DNA from: Raillietiella orientalis
Taxonomy: Eukaryota
NCBI GenBank assembly: GCA_036172245.1
Contig: JAYWIR010000032.1
Span: 2,356,001 to 2,420,000 of the forward strand
Direction: 5' to 3'
Length of the DNA stretch: 64,000 bases
Shown here: positions 63,354-64,000 of the stretch, piece after piece
Layout: each line of letters opens with the position of its first letter
How positions within the stretch are numbered: the stretch's first letter is position 1
Program-made: the position numbers and the translations under genes
Notes under the pieces: generated by a model
Database searches by the model: none
The model's input: only the letters and a program-made list of their open reading frames with translations
What the model was told of the DNA's origin: nothing

Positions 63354-64000
63354 TATTCCGACTGATTTAAAATCAGCAGAATAAGTATTCGAATCGATTT
63401 TTTTGTTATAATTTAAATAATTTGTGCAGTCGTTTCCCATACACTACGAAGCTTAACAAAGATTTTTTCCGAGTGGGTTTCGTGAACCAATTTCATCAAT
63501 TCATAAACTGAAGACGGTAAATCAAATGGTAAACATCATTATGCACAAATGCCAAAAGCAAATACTGTCAAGCCAAGCAAGGAATTTTCAGAAATTTGAG
63601 TGATCAATAAACATGACTGAACACATAGTGTATAAAAAAGTTTTGTTAACACTAAATTCGAACTCGAACTCCTTCCTATGCTCCTGGCACACAACAGGGA
63701 AACACTTCGAAATCATACCGCCATTTGGTATTTTGGAACAAAAGACCCTATTAACTGGCATTACTTTACAGAATCATAATGTTTATGATCATTAAAGTTC
63801 ATAAAAAAACGTCTGTGCATATTTACTGATTTCTTTAATGGAACCAGTATGTTCCTGTTGCCCGCACATGCCACAAAAAAATCTCATGCCCGCTAAAATC
63901 CGACCCTCCGCAAACTCAGGCCAAATCAAATTACAGGATTCCCACTGGAAAACACACGTGCTTTTGTCTTTCGACGAGAAGCATGACCCTCAGGAAAAAG

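Noticed and set aside
1..64000. CRISPR arrays, rRNA, tRNA or prokaryotic defence systems
   Set aside because: No regularly spaced repeats or RNA-gene hallmarks seen; the window is eukaryotic apart from the small ybaB fragment.

Overview
Eukaryotic genomic DNA, most likely from an arthropod with compact genes and very short introns (mostly 38-50 nt). The AT-rich flanks carry housekeeping genes whose bodies look CpG-depleted where inspected: SSNA1, an EHMT1/2 (G9a/GLP) methyltransferase, PPP1R11 tail-to-tail with FBXW5 (12 bp between stops), MKK7/hep, a C22orf39/UPF0545 homologue and a PEBP. Between them lies a ~33-kb GC- and CpG-rich domain (~19.9-52.9 kb). It contains an RGS-domain gene (+) converging on two tandem minus-strand ORFs: an RGS3/PsGEF-type C2-domain ORF with its own stop, and a DH-PH RhoGEF ORF starting about 190 bp downstream. 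These look like the modules of RGS3/PsGEF laid out as separate ORFs, with no PDZ exon found. A short Wolbachia-like ybaB/ebfC fragment with a convergent decayed ORF end sits at ~59.1-59.4 kb. Most long ORFs in the GC-rich domain are compositional artefacts. All homology calls come from remembered motifs, not database searches.
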